A stretch of DNA of 64,000 nucleotides from Opitutaceae bacterium (GTDB lineage Bacteria > Verrucomicrobiota > Verrucomicrobiia > Opitutales > Coraliomargaritaceae), in assembly GCA_051252375.1 (NCBI GenBank), contig JBPOFY010000002.1, positions 256,001-320,000 of the forward strand, in the 5' to 3' direction. Position numbers and translations under genes: made by a program. The notes below the pieces were generated by a model. The model had not been told where the DNA came from, did no database searches, and was given only the letters and a program-made list of their open reading frames with translations. Shown here one piece after another: positions 38,007 through 48,206 of the stretch (within the stretch, counting starts at the first letter, position 1; each line of letters begins with the position of its first letter).

Positions 38007-38321
38007 ATGTCGACCAAAGAAATAGCAGGAAAAAGCATCGAGCTAAACGATGAAGGTTACCTAACCGACCGCGCACAGTGGAACGAAGCAGTTGCTAATG
38101 CGATCGCTCAAGAAGAAGGCATCGAACTCACCGACGAGCACTGGAAAGTGCTGCGCTTCATCGAAACAGACTTCGCAGAAAAGCAAGCAGTCCCCGGCAT
38201 GCGACGTATGAATAAAGTCGGGGGCATCCCCACCAAAGAACTCTACCGGCTCTTCCCGAATGGCCCGATCAAAAAGGCCGCCCGAATCGCCGGATTCCCA
38301 AAACCAGCAAGTTGTGTCTAG
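38007..38321 (+). CDS. tusE: TusE/DsrC family sulfur relay protein
   Basis: DEGYL...W, LTDEHW, LFP.GP...A.IAG.PKP..CV with only the penultimate Cys. Confidence 0.88.
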   Translation: MSTKEIAGKSIELNDEGYLTDRAQWNEAVANAIAQEEGIELTDEHWKVLRFIETDFAEKQAVPGMRRMNKVGGIPTKELYRLFPNGPIKKAARIAGFPKPASCV

Positions 38322-38333
38322 GAGGAAACTATT

Positions 38334-38831
38334 ATGAGTGCAGAAGAACCCATCAAAAAAGTATCCATCATCGTGTCCAAGGGCTCGCTCGAGGGCGTTT
38401 ACCCAGGGCTAATTATGGCTAACGGAGCCCGTATGGAAGGCATCGAAGCCAACTTGTTTTTCACCTTTTTCGGCCTTCACGCGATCGTGAAAAAGAAAAT
38501 GGATAGCCTAAAGATTGCCACCGTCGGTAACCCCGCCCTCTGCGTTCCAGATGCGATGGGCATGGCACTGCCCACGATCCTAGGAGCGATTCCAGGAATG
38601 TCTGCTTTTGCCACATCGATGATGAAAAAAGAAATGGAAAAAATCGATATCCCGCCCGTCGGCGAGTTTATGGAAATGATTCACGACGCCGGCTGTAATA
38701 TCTACGCCTGCAAAGCCACCGTCGACATGTTCAAGCTCAAGGACGACGACTTCTGCCCACAACTGGACAAGGTGCTCACCGTGGGTGAATTCTATGAAAT
38801 GTCCGCCGGCTCACAAATCATCTTCACATGA
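38334..38831 (+). CDS. DsrE2/DsrE-like sulfur-transfer protein
   Basis: IIVSKG, LFFTFFGL, IYACKA. Confidence 0.85.
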   Translation: MSAEEPIKKVSIIVSKGSLEGVYPGLIMANGARMEGIEANLFFTFFGLHAIVKKKMDSLKIATVGNPALCVPDAMGMALPTILGAIPGMSAFATSMMKKEMEKIDIPPVGEFMEMIHDAGCNIYACKATVDMFKLKDDDFCPQLDKVLTVGEFYEMSAGSQIIFT

Positions 38832-38879
38832 TCGATCTGCTTTTTTCACCAACGCCACAACCCCATAACAAACAAGAAA

Positions 38880-40172
38880 ATGAATATCCCAAAGAAAATC
38901 ATATCTCTTCTCGTGTTGGCTATCCTCCCTAGTTGCTTGATGGCGACCAATGGCGATAACCTCATTGCAATTGGTCCGGTCGCCCGTGGCATGGGTGGTC
39001 TCTCGGTTTCCTATCCACAAGATCCAGTCAGTGCGGTCTTTGCAAATCCCGCGGCCATGTGTTTCGGGCCGTATTGTCCGATGTCTGAGGTGAATGCATC
39101 GGTGACAGCCTTCATGCCGACAGTTAAAGCATCGCTTAAGGATCCTGTCACAGGCAACCAAATCTCTGCCGATAGTGATGACCCCATCTACTTCATTCCT
39201 GCAATTGGAATTTCCCACCCCTTGCCATTCGGCGAGCAGAATCGCTGGCGCTTTGGCATATCGGCCTATGGTGTGAGCGGACTCGGAGTTGATTACAGAG
39301 GAACCGCACTGGATGATGCATTTCCCGGAACTGGTGGAATGTTGCCCTATTCTGAGGGGCTCTATACTCAATTACAAAAAATGAAAGTGGCCCCTGCAAT
39401 TGCCTATCAAGTTGCCCCGAATCTCTCGATAGGTGGTTCTATTCACTTCAATTATTCAGAATTGGAGATTGGCAGTCAGGATGCAGATGGAACTACATTT
39501 GGTTATCAAATTGGCATGCTGTATACGCCCCGAAAGAATGTTTTCGTAGGCTTGAGCTATACGAGCGCACAGGAAATCGACTATAAAGACATACTTCTGA
39601 CGCAGACAGGCACAGCAGACTTAGCACTCGAATCACCACAGCAAGTGGCTGCCGGAATCTCGATCGAGTTAATGGACAAACGCCTACTCCTTGGCATCGA
39701 GGGGCGCTGGATCAACTGGAGTAATGCGACTGGTTATAAAGACTTCGAGTGGGATGACCAGTATGCCTTAAGTATCGGGGGCCAATATCAATTGATCCCT
39801 GAAAAGCTCATTGTTCGGGCGGGTTACAACTATGCCAATAACCCTGTTTCAGAAAATGATGGGTGGGATGGCAGTTTTGATTTCTCAGGTCAGCCAGCTC
39901 CAAATGACGTAGTCATGGTGCAAGGCACCCCCTTCCCTCGCTATTACTATGAAACTTTCCGTGTCGTCGGTTTTCCTGCGATTGTCGAGCACCATGCCAC
40001 GGTCGGATTCACCTATAATGTCAATGAGCGGCTTGCGCTCAACTTTGCCTATATGCATGCTTTTGAAAACACCATTACAGAAAGCGGCACAAACCCCTTT
40101 GGCGCACCTACCGAAGTCGAATCGTCGTTGTATGAAGATAGCATCGAAATCGGTGTTAGCTGGCGCTTCTAG
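38880..40172 (+). CDS. FadL/OmpP1 family outer-membrane transporter
   Basis: Signal peptide, TNG...G..ARGMGG, NPAAM, GLGVDY, terminal WRF. Confidence 0.88.
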   Translation: MNIPKKIISLLVLAILPSCLMATNGDNLIAIGPVARGMGGLSVSYPQDPVSAVFANPAAMCFGPYCPMSEVNASVTAFMPTVKASLKDPVTGNQISADSDDPIYFIPAIGISHPLPFGEQNRWRFGISAYGVSGLGVDYRGTALDDAFPGTGGMLPYSEGLYTQLQKMKVAPAIAYQVAPNLSIGGSIHFNYSELEIGSQDADGTTFGYQIGMLYTPRKNVFVGLSYTSAQEIDYKDILLTQTGTADLALESPQQVAAGISIELMDKRLLLGIEGRWINWSNATGYKDFEWDDQYALSIGGQYQLIPEKLIVRAGYNYANNPVSENDGWDGSFDFSGQPAPNDVVMVQGTPFPRYYYETFRVVGFPAIVEHHATVGFTYNVNERLALNFAYMHAFENTITESGTNPFGAPTEVESSLYEDSIEIGVSWRF

Positions 40173-40196
40173 TTACACCCCAAACCCACAATCCAA

Positions 40197-40871
40197 ATGA
40201 GAAGTTACAGGGCACCCTATTTCGGCAGAGTATTTATCGCGATTCTCGCCACCAGCTTGCTCACTACCGCTCGCGGTTTTAGTGAAAGCGATCCCAACGA
40301 GAATCCGTGCAACGGCAGCACGCTTAATACGGATGCCTCCATGCTCGACCAAGGGTGCCCTGTTACGATCAAAGCGAAGACGCTGAAAAACCATGATATT
40401 GCGATGTCACTCCAGCTGCCGGCTCCCAGTAGCAAGCAGGGCAAAATCGCCCTCGGTTTAGCAGCTGATAAAACACACTTCCAGCTTGGCGAGTTGGAAG
40501 CGGACTTACTCGTCGTCATGGTATTTGATATGTATTGCCATGTCTGTCACCAGTCCTCCGAAAACATGCAGGCAGTCGCCGATCGACTGCAAAATGACCC
40601 AAACATCAAGAGCGTATGCATTCTTGGTCTAGGTCGCGGAGATACCGATTTCGAGGTGCAAACTTTTGTTAAGAAACTCGAGCTCGAGTTCACCTGCGTG
40701 GCCGACCGCGACAAATCAGTAACCGATGCGCTTGGTGTTCGTTTCACACCTTCTGGATTTCTATTTTGCCGAAAGACAGGCGAATACCGTCTCCTCTCTT
40801 CTTTTAGCGGATACCTAAGTAAGCCAAAAGTTGAAGAATTTCTCGCTCCTGTGCTTTCAGCAAATCATTGA
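40197..40871 (+). CDS. Exported redoxin/TlpA-like protein
   Basis: Signal peptide; F.MYCHVC CXXC; GV.FTP cis-Pro motif. Confidence 0.7.
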   Translation: MRSYRAPYFGRVFIAILATSLLTTARGFSESDPNENPCNGSTLNTDASMLDQGCPVTIKAKTLKNHDIAMSLQLPAPSSKQGKIALGLAADKTHFQLGELEADLLVVMVFDMYCHVCHQSSENMQAVADRLQNDPNIKSVCILGLGRGDTDFEVQTFVKKLELEFTCVADRDKSVTDALGVRFTPSGFLFCRKTGEYRLLSSFSGYLSKPKVEEFLAPVLSANH

Positions 40872-40903
40872 TCGATCAAAGTTAAAGCGCTTTAATATCA
40901 TTC

Positions 40904-41497
40904 ATGAAGAATCGCCACTTTATCTGTTTTTCCATCTTAGGAATGCTACTGACAGCACTCCACATGAGTGCTCAAAGCGTTGAGCTGCCTACACTTATTT
41001 TTCAACCGCCACCAATGAGTGGCACTGACAGTGAGCTACGAGTCGCCATCGGTGATATAGCGCCCGACTTCAAGCTTCCCTCAATCAATGGTGAAGTCAT
41101 TCAGCTAAGCGATTATCGAGGTGATAAAAATGTGGTCATCTCCTTCGTCCCTGCGGCATGGACACCGGTCTGCTCTTCTCAATGGCCTGGCTACAACTTG
41201 GCGCTAGATTACTTCAAAGAATCAGATGCAGTGATTCTTGGTATCACTGTCGACAACTTACCCACCCTCTACGCTTGGACAACGGCGATGTCTGGTATCG
41301 ATTTCCCAGTCCTGTCCGATTTCTATCCACACGGCGAAGTCGCACAATCCTATGGCGTGTTGCGCAGTTCGGGCGTGAGCGAAAGAGCCTTATTCGTCAT
41401 CGATAAGCAGGGGATTATTCGCTACATCGATGTGCATGACATCAACGAGCGCCCACCACTTGAAGAACTGGTAAACGCAGTTCGAGCATTAAAGTAA
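40904..41497 (+). CDS. Exported peroxiredoxin (AhpE-like)
   Basis: GD.APDF.L, FVPAAWTPVC, LSDFYPHG, ERALFVIDK.G. Confidence 0.88.
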   Translation: MKNRHFICFSILGMLLTALHMSAQSVELPTLIFQPPPMSGTDSELRVAIGDIAPDFKLPSINGEVIQLSDYRGDKNVVISFVPAAWTPVCSSQWPGYNLALDYFKESDAVILGITVDNLPTLYAWTTAMSGIDFPVLSDFYPHGEVAQSYGVLRSSGVSERALFVIDKQGIIRYIDVHDINERPPLEELVNAVRALK

Positions 41498-41632
41498 TAG
41501 TCGCCCAGCCCTCTTTAGGATCGTAGAGGTATTTATAACTGGTCTGCTTAAAAGCATTAATGTTCATCGCGTTAAACGATCTCAATCGCATCGCGAGACA
41601 CAGATCACGGATCCCGCATACCGAACAGCTAC

Positions 41633-43546
41633 CTAATACGCCCGACCGTCTTTATTCTCGTAGTAATTGATGAAGGCTCGGTTCAGCGTGGAAAAACCAC
41701 CTGGTGTCGGGTAATTACCCGTGAAATACCAATCCCCATTATGAAACGGGATGGCTGCCCTCATCTTTTCGACTGGGAGGAAAATGATATCGAGGTCGCC
41801 TTTCCAAGCAACGCCCTTCGGATACACAAGCTCTGCGATTTTACAGCTAATCTGCTCATCGGTGTAACGATCATAGATACGCTTCACGTGATTGACCATT
41901 TCGTTGGCGGGCAATTTTGCCTGAGCGAGACAGTCTTGATAAACCTCCTGCAAGATATCCGAGCTGCCATCGTCTTTAACCAAGGCAATCGCAGCCTTGA
42001 ACGCGATGAATTTACCCAGCTCCGACATATCGATGCCGTAGCAATCCGGATAGCGAATCTGTGGTGCGGTCGACGCCACCACGATCTTACGTGGCTTCGT
42101 GCGACTTAGAATTTTAAGAATCGACTCTTTAAGCGTAGTGCCACGAACAATCGAATCGTCGATACAGACAAGGCAATCCCCCTCCTTCACGATACCATAT
42201 GTAATATCGTAAACGTGAGAAACGAGCTTCGCACGCCCCTCTTCTTGCGAGATAAAGGTGCGCATCTTGATGTCCTTGTGAGCAATCTTTTCGCCCCGAG
42301 GCCAGTTGCCCATGATCAATTCATCCAGCATCGCATCGTCCAAACTGCCATCAGCCTGCGCCTTTAAGATCGCAGCCTTCACTTCAATACGACGGTGTGA
42401 ACGCACCGCATCGAGCAGGCCATAATACGCCACTTCAGCGGTATTCGGCACGAAACTGAATACGCTATCGGCAAAGTTGTTATCAATCGCTTTGACGACC
42501 TGCTCTAGGAGCGCACCGCCAAGTGCTTTTCGTTCGGCATAAATATCGGGATCGTTACCGCGTGAGAAATAAATGCGCTCGAAAGAACATGGCGTGACCG
42601 GACGCTTCTCGGTGTAGCGCTCGCAGTAGATCGAACCATCGCTCTTGATCACAGTCGCGGTGCCGGGCTCCAGCTCGCAGACATTCTCAATCGGCTGATC
42701 AAAAATCGTCATCAATGCCACACGCTCGGAAGCAAACGCAATGACTTCATCGTTCTGGAAATAAAAGCAGGGGCGAATCCCTTGCGCATCACGCATCACG
42801 AAGGAGTCACCATTACCAATCAGACCAGCAATCGCAAATCCCCCATCCCAGCCTTTAGTCGCGCTGCGAAGGATACGAATCGGATCGAGCTCTTTGCTGA
42901 TAATCCCAGGGATACGGCGACCATCGATGTTCTGATCACGCATTTTGTGATAAATCGCATCGTGCGCTTCATCGAGGTGAAAGCCGATCTCTTCAAGCAC
43001 GGCTTGAGTGTCGGTGCCGAAAATCGGATGCTGCCCGCGATCGATCAAATCGTTGTTCAGGTCTTTCTCGTTGGTAATCGTGAAATTACCCGCAAGCATG
43101 AGATTCTTAGTCGGCCAGTTGGACTGACGCACAAAGGGGTGGCAGTTATTGGACGAATACACACCGGAGGTGCCATAACGCAGGTGCCCCATGAGAATCT
43201 CGCCGCCAAACTCGAAATTATCCTTCACGGTGTCTGGAAATTCTGGATGGATCACACCCTTATCCACCATCTTCTGGTATGCTTTCAACTGCCCCCTGAA
43301 AATACGAGCCAGCGGATTGGTCTTAATCGTGCGATCACGCGCCATATAAGGCTGACCGGGAGCGACATCCAACTTTACGCAACCGATACCGGCACCGTCC
43401 TGCCCACGATTGTGCTGCTTCTCCATCAGCAAAAACAGCTGATTAAAGCCATACAAGGGCGTGCCATATTTCTCCTGATAGTAAGAAAGTGGCTTGAGTA
43501 GTCGGATCATTGCGATCCCGCATTCGTGCTTCAAAAAGTCGCTCAT
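41633..43546 (-). CDS. purF: Amidophosphoribosyltransferase (long form)
   Basis: HECG, HNRGQDGAG, GHLRYGT, CSFERIYFSR, IDDSIVRGTT. Confidence 0.95.
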   Translation of the reverse strand: MSDFLKHECGIAMIRLLKPLSYYQEKYGTPLYGFNQLFLLMEKQHNRGQDGAGIGCVKLDVAPGQPYMARDRTIKTNPLARIFRGQLKAYQKMVDKGVIHPEFPDTVKDNFEFGGEILMGHLRYGTSGVYSSNNCHPFVRQSNWPTKNLMLAGNFTITNEKDLNNDLIDRGQHPIFGTDTQAVLEEIGFHLDEAHDAIYHKMRDQNIDGRRIPGIISKELDPIRILRSATKGWDGGFAIAGLIGNGDSFVMRDAQGIRPCFYFQNDEVIAFASERVALMTIFDQPIENVCELEPGTATVIKSDGSIYCERYTEKRPVTPCSFERIYFSRGNDPDIYAERKALGGALLEQVVKAIDNNFADSVFSFVPNTAEVAYYGLLDAVRSHRRIEVKAAILKAQADGSLDDAMLDELIMGNWPRGEKIAHKDIKMRTFISQEEGRAKLVSHVYDITYGIVKEGDCLVCIDDSIVRGTTLKESILKILSRTKPRKIVVASTAPQIRYPDCYGIDMSELGKFIAFKAAIALVKDDGSSDILQEVYQDCLAQAKLPANEMVNHVKRIYDRYTDEQISCKIAELVYPKGVAWKGDLDIIFLPVEKMRAAIPFHNGDWYFTGNYPTPGGFSTLNRAFINYYENKDGRAY

Positions 43547-43659
43547 AGGTAAAAGACGGTGGCAGGCTAAAAGGCTTTTTTAGGTCATGGCGATGCAAAG
43601 TTGCATTTTTGTTAAACTTCTCACCAAACACCCCCTATTTACGCAGAGTGTAACCATAT

Positions 43660-44586
43660 CTAAGTATCGAGCGTGTCCTCCAGATCTGAAATGCCTCGTT
43701 CTATAATGTGCTCTTTATTCGCGGGTTCCACATGCACGAGAACCTTCGAGACCTCTGGGTGCATTTCACGCAGGCGCATTTTGACCTCTTTCGCAATTTC
43801 ATGCCCCGCATCGACCGTCAAATCAGGATCGACCTGCAAATGTAGGTCCACTTCAAAAACATCCCCCACCCGACGCACGCGGAAATCATGGTAAGCCAGA
43901 GCGCCGGGGGTCGGCAAAATGTGCTCACGAAAGTCTTCTACGATCTCTCGCTCTGGCGCTGCATCCAATAAATCCGAACATGCCCGCAGGAAAATCTTTC
44001 CCGCCTCAAAGACGAGGTAGCAACCGAAGACCAAAGTCACTGCACCATCCAAAAAGGCCCAAGTGTCGCCTCCCAGCCAAACCGCGACCAGCGCCACTGC
44101 GACGCCCAAGGATGAAATACTATCTGTGCGATGATGCCAGGCGTTCGCCATCAGCAAATCGGATTTAAGAGTGCGAGCCACATCACGCGTCCACCAAAAC
44201 AAAGCTTCTTTCACCACCAATGAAAAGACCGCCACCACCGCCGCGATACCAGCACGTGGCGCATCCACCCCAGAGTGAAAACCCAACAACGCCGAGATAA
44301 CCAAGGCCCCGGCAAACAAGAGCAAGAGCCCGCCCACAAAGAACTTCGCCAAGCTAGCGAACTTATGGTGCCCGAAGTGATGATTTTCATCCTCCGGCAG
44401 CCGAGCCATCGACAATCCAATCAAAACCGCGATGTCCGTCAGTAGATCCAACAGACTGTGCATCCCATCCGCAATCAAGGCCTTCGACCCGAGCCACCAG
44501 CCTGCGCAGGTTTTCACCACTCCCAAGAGTAGATTGATCAAGAGCCCGATCCAAGTGATCCGAGCACCATCTGTGTGAAAAGCCAT
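43660..44586 (-). CDS. Cation diffusion facilitator transporter
   Basis: S.ALIADG.HS..D, H.FGH, HHRTD, VHVEP. Confidence 0.92.
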   Translation of the reverse strand: MAFHTDGARITWIGLLINLLLGVVKTCAGWWLGSKALIADGMHSLLDLLTDIAVLIGLSMARLPEDENHHFGHHKFASLAKFFVGGLLLLFAGALVISALLGFHSGVDAPRAGIAAVVAVFSLVVKEALFWWTRDVARTLKSDLLMANAWHHRTDSISSLGVAVALVAVWLGGDTWAFLDGAVTLVFGCYLVFEAGKIFLRACSDLLDAAPEREIVEDFREHILPTPGALAYHDFRVRRVGDVFEVDLHLQVDPDLTVDAGHEIAKEVKMRLREMHPEVSKVLVHVEPANKEHIIERGISDLEDTLDT

Positions 44587-44614
44587 AAAGTGGACCGTGA
44601 GAGATCAACCAAAC

Positions 44615-45124
44615 CTAATCGTGCACGCGGATATCGACCATAATATCTTGGGCAATTTTCTCGAGCTGATTTCGAATCTCATCACGCGAAACATCGGGGC
44701 TACAACCAAGTCTGGCTTTGGCTTCGAACAACATCACACCGGAATCCGGCGCGCTGACGGTTGAGGTGCTGAGCTCCTCGACATTCACATTGGCTGCGGC
44801 CAGCGCATGGAAGACGTCGCGCACAATGCCCGGATGGTCTGTGCCCACGACTTCTAAATCAAATTGCCGTAGCGGATCTGGGGCGCTAACCTCGCCGACT
44901 GCAATCAAGACGTCCAAATCTGTAATCGAGCGTAAGGCAACCTCCAGTTCTTGCTGCTTGTCTCCCGGCACACTCACTTGAAGGAGACCGACAAAGCGAC
45001 CCGCCAAGTGCGCCATCCGGCATTGCTCCCAATTACCATGATACTTGGCAATCACGCCTGCCAAAGTTTCGACCAAGCCTGAACGGTCGGCCCCGCTAAT
45101 CGTTAAAACCAATACAGATTCCAT
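44615..45124 (-). CDS. Double ACT-domain protein (GcvR-like)
   Basis: G.DRSGLV and G.DHPGIV ACT motifs. Confidence 0.85.
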   Translation of the reverse strand: MESVLVLTISGADRSGLVETLAGVIAKYHGNWEQCRMAHLAGRFVGLLQVSVPGDKQQELEVALRSITDLDVLIAVGEVSAPDPLRQFDLEVVGTDHPGIVRDVFHALAAANVNVEELSTSTVSAPDSGVMLFEAKARLGCSPDVSRDEIRNQLEKIAQDIMVDIRVHD

Positions 45125-45208
45125 CAAACAGTTCTAGCAACTCAGCCATAGATCGCAAGCGTGATTCCCTGTTGAACTTCTACAAGATATGTTCACAAAA
45201 TGTAATTC

Positions 45209-46048
45209 ATGATTCATATTCCACATCTGAGTGACGCACTCAACCAGATCATCGTCACGGCGATTCTAATCTGCCTGATTTTACTATTTCAGTTGGTTAG
45301 CAATCGTTGGATCAATAGCCGTCATTTTCATAGCATCAGCTATCGGCGCCGCTGGACGGTGGGTCTACGAAACCTAAGATTCCTTTTACTCGTGATAGGC
45401 TTAGTCCTAATCTGGGCCACCGAACTACGCACCGCAGCGATCTCGGCGGTGGCCATCATGGCGGCGCTCGTCATCGGCACCAAAGAGCTCATTATGTGCC
45501 TACTGGGAAGTGTCGTCAAAACCGGCAGCAATGCATTTGCCCTCGGTGACCGCATTCAAATCAACGATATCGAAGGCGACGTCATTGATCAGAATTTACT
45601 GTCGACTCAGCTGCAGGAAGTCACGGATGGGCAATACACCGGCCGTTTCATCACACTGCCTAATTCCCTCTTTCTCAATCAAGCCATACGCAATAGCACC
45701 GTCGAAGGCGGTGGTGCCGTTTTTGGTGTTCTCAAGATCAAGCTGTTCAACACAGAAGATTGGGACCTGCACGAACATGCGCTCCTTCGTGCAGCCGAAG
45801 AATGCTGCGCCGAAAATATGGAAGCCATTGAACGCGTGGTCATACACTTAAAGAAAGGAGGTTTTGACCTCCCCAGCACCCAACCGCGCACCTTATTGAG
45901 AATCGAAGACAAAGATACGACCTCGATCACACTACGCTATCCAGCCAGCGCCGAGTCGAAGTTACGCACAGAACAATCGATTCTTCGCCGTTACTTGCAA
46001 TTGATGAAAGAGAACGGCTCACAAGCAGAGAAGAAGACGGAAGCGTAA
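45209..46048 (+). CDS. MscS family mechanosensitive channel
   Basis: F.LGDRI.I...GDV.D...T, LPNS.F. Confidence 0.85.
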   Translation: MIHIPHLSDALNQIIVTAILICLILLFQLVSNRWINSRHFHSISYRRRWTVGLRNLRFLLLVIGLVLIWATELRTAAISAVAIMAALVIGTKELIMCLLGSVVKTGSNAFALGDRIQINDIEGDVIDQNLLSTQLQEVTDGQYTGRFITLPNSLFLNQAIRNSTVEGGGAVFGVLKIKLFNTEDWDLHEHALLRAAEECCAENMEAIERVVIHLKKGGFDLPSTQPRTLLRIEDKDTTSITLRYPASAESKLRTEQSILRRYLQLMKENGSQAEKKTEA

Positions 46049-46157
46049 GATAAAAGCGTCCCATCGCCCCCTTCAACCCTGTCTCCGAAATTCTGCCCAT
46101 TGATCCAAAACTAGTGCTTGCATCGAAGAAAAACAGAGGCATAACACCAGCCCATAC

Positions 46158-46239
<82 letters not shown>

Positions 46240-46245
46240 TTTCTT

Positions 46246-46275
46246 AAAAGCCTCGTTGAAAGACGGGGCTTTTTT
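46246..46275 (+). terminator. Terminator after tRNA-Leu
   Basis: AAAAGCCTCGT-TGAAAG-ACGGGGCTTTTTT. Confidence 0.8.
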
Positions 46276-46370
46276 GATGTCTGCACAAGTGGACGGATTG
46301 CTCCAGTGGGCACACAACAAGCTGAATGTTCGATATAATTCTATCCTGTGTATTAAAGAGATGTATCCAG

Positions 46371-46539
46371 CTCTCCTCCTTGGTTAAGGAGGAGTCTCGG
46401 CAGCAAGCCGAGGAGGTGGTTTGTCACGCTTTGGCAGGGTTGTGACGCACACAAAATCACCCCTCCGTCTGCGACAATCGTCTTCGCTCTGCGAGCTACG
46501 CCGTTCAAGAGCGCAGACACCTCCCCTTCGCAGGGGAGG
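46371..46539. repeat. Composite palindromic repeat (CTCC/GGAG-type) with nested CTTCGC..GAGCTACG unit
   Basis: CTCCTCCTT..AAGGAGGAG ... CTCCCCT..AGGGGAG arms; internal unit at 46482-46503. Confidence 0.55.
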
Positions 46540-46633
46540 TGCTTATTGAGCGACTAACACTCAAAAGATCTCTTAACGCGAAACAACGATAACGCTCCAG
46601 TCAGCTCAAATCAGCACATCGCCTTCAGTTAGC

Positions 46634-48148
46634 CTACTCAAACGAAAGCACGACCTGATCTAGGATCGGCTTGGAAGCATTCTCAGTGGTATCGGTCAGC
46701 CTAAGCTCGAATTGGAAGCCATAGCCTTCGGGTAAATCGGAGAGATCGAGTTGTGCTGGAGCCCTAGCGATCTGCTTTGCGAAGCCAGGAATGTAATCGT
46801 AGCTCTCTTTGACTGCCTGCCAGTCCGTCCATTGATCGATGGCACCGTCTTTGTTGCTGTCGACTCCGACGCGCACTTCAACCGACTCGACCCAAGGACC
46901 GGGGCTGACGAAGTCTGAGCTCTGCTGCGTCGCCAAATAAAACTGACCTTCCGCAAACATAATATCTGGATCCGGGTGCCCCTTCCCGACATTACCGAAA
47001 AATTTAAATGGCTCATTGATGTTGGCTGCAGTGAACATCGCGACGCTCATGTTCTTACTTCCATGCGCACCTGCAGGATCATAGTCGCCAAAGAGGTAAT
47101 ACTGTCCGCCAATCGAGATGGCTGCCCAGTCGCCATAGGCGTGCTGCTCCGGCTCGTGGATTTCATATCTACCTACTTTTGTTGGATAGTTTTCAGGGTC
47201 CTCACTGTGCCAATGCGGATGGTTATAGGTCGCAAATTTTCCGGTAGGATTGGTTCGATAATCAACGGCTGGATCTAGAAGTTTGAATTCATTAATACCA
47301 TTGTCGCTCACCGCATGGCTAGCCAAGGGAGAGTCCCAAGATCTAGCGCTGGCCTTAATCGGATCCCAGTTCTCGAGAATAAGGTGAAATTTACCATCTA
47401 GGTCTCGGATGATTGCACAGTCCGAGCCATGGGAAGGATCCTTAAAAGCCATGCCCATTTTTTTGCCAATTTTACCATCTGTCAGATTCTCATCGATGAT
47501 CAGGTGTGGGTCCTGATCATTTGGAAAGTCGTAATAGAAATAGGCTTTTCCATCGACGTATTCCGCAGTCGTCATCCATTTAGCCTGCTTATCTGAGATA
47601 GCCCCGTGGTGCACCCAATTCACCATATCGTGGCTCTGCCAAGCATGGTAACCACCTTGTGGTTGTTCTAGGCCTCCTGGTGCGTTAAACTGTTTCGGAT
47701 CCGCAGTCGTGAGTAGTGGAACGTCGAAGCCTGCAAGCGTAGCCGACTCGGCCACGAACGGTTGTCTCGAGCCGTCCTTAGTCTTTTTTCCTTTAGGTTG
47801 AGAATATCTACCGAACATCCAGTAATTTCCGGGACCGAGGCTCAAAAATACGGGCGCATCGCCTAAGTTCGGGGGACCAATGTTTTCAATAGGATTCCAA
47901 TTCTCCCAATTAGTCGACTGCGAGAGCGTGATCGAAGCGGCCGACTTCTTCTTTTTGTAAGTCATGAGCTTGCTCTGGAAGCTCGCTTTTTCAGCGGTCG
48001 GCTCTACCAGACCATCTTTGAACTTCAAATTCGAAAGCGTCTCGGTGTTGGCTTGCCAGTCAGCTTGGCTATCGATCGTCCACTGCTCGGCATTTGCAAA
48101 TGCGAGAAGCGAGGTGAAACAAAGAGGTAGAATAAGTGAGGTTTTCAT
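46634..48148 (-). CDS. Secreted putative beta-propeller glycoside hydrolase (GH43/GH117 superfamily-like)
   Basis: Signal peptide; DAPV, WQS.DM.NW, HPDPD...EGQFYL blade-like motifs; cluster context. Confidence 0.55.
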   Translation of the reverse strand: MKTSLILPLCFTSLLAFANAEQWTIDSQADWQANTETLSNLKFKDGLVEPTAEKASFQSKLMTYKKKKSAASITLSQSTNWENWNPIENIGPPNLGDAPVFLSLGPGNYWMFGRYSQPKGKKTKDGSRQPFVAESATLAGFDVPLLTTADPKQFNAPGGLEQPQGGYHAWQSHDMVNWVHHGAISDKQAKWMTTAEYVDGKAYFYYDFPNDQDPHLIIDENLTDGKIGKKMGMAFKDPSHGSDCAIIRDLDGKFHLILENWDPIKASARSWDSPLASHAVSDNGINEFKLLDPAVDYRTNPTGKFATYNHPHWHSEDPENYPTKVGRYEIHEPEQHAYGDWAAISIGGQYYLFGDYDPAGAHGSKNMSVAMFTAANINEPFKFFGNVGKGHPDPDIMFAEGQFYLATQQSSDFVSPGPWVESVEVRVGVDSNKDGAIDQWTDWQAVKESYDYIPGFAKQIARAPAQLDLSDLPEGYGFQFELRLTDTTENASKPILDQVVLSFE

Positions 48149-48206
48149 ATTAAAAAATGTGAGGTTAAAACAGCGATAACGATGGTGAATCATACACTCT
48201 GTAAAC

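Noticed and set aside
38007..38321. Bona fide DsrC implying dissimilatory sulfur metabolism
   Set aside because: It lacks the second conserved C-terminal Cys and no dsrAB is present.
40532..40550. CHVCH in the redoxin as a heme-binding motif
   Set aside because: It sits at the thioredoxin-fold CXXC position with the downstream TP motif, so a thiol-disulfide site is the simpler reading.
40904..41497. Selenocysteine recoding in the peroxiredoxin or other sulfur genes
   Set aside because: Catalytic positions are Cys codons and the ORFs are uninterrupted.
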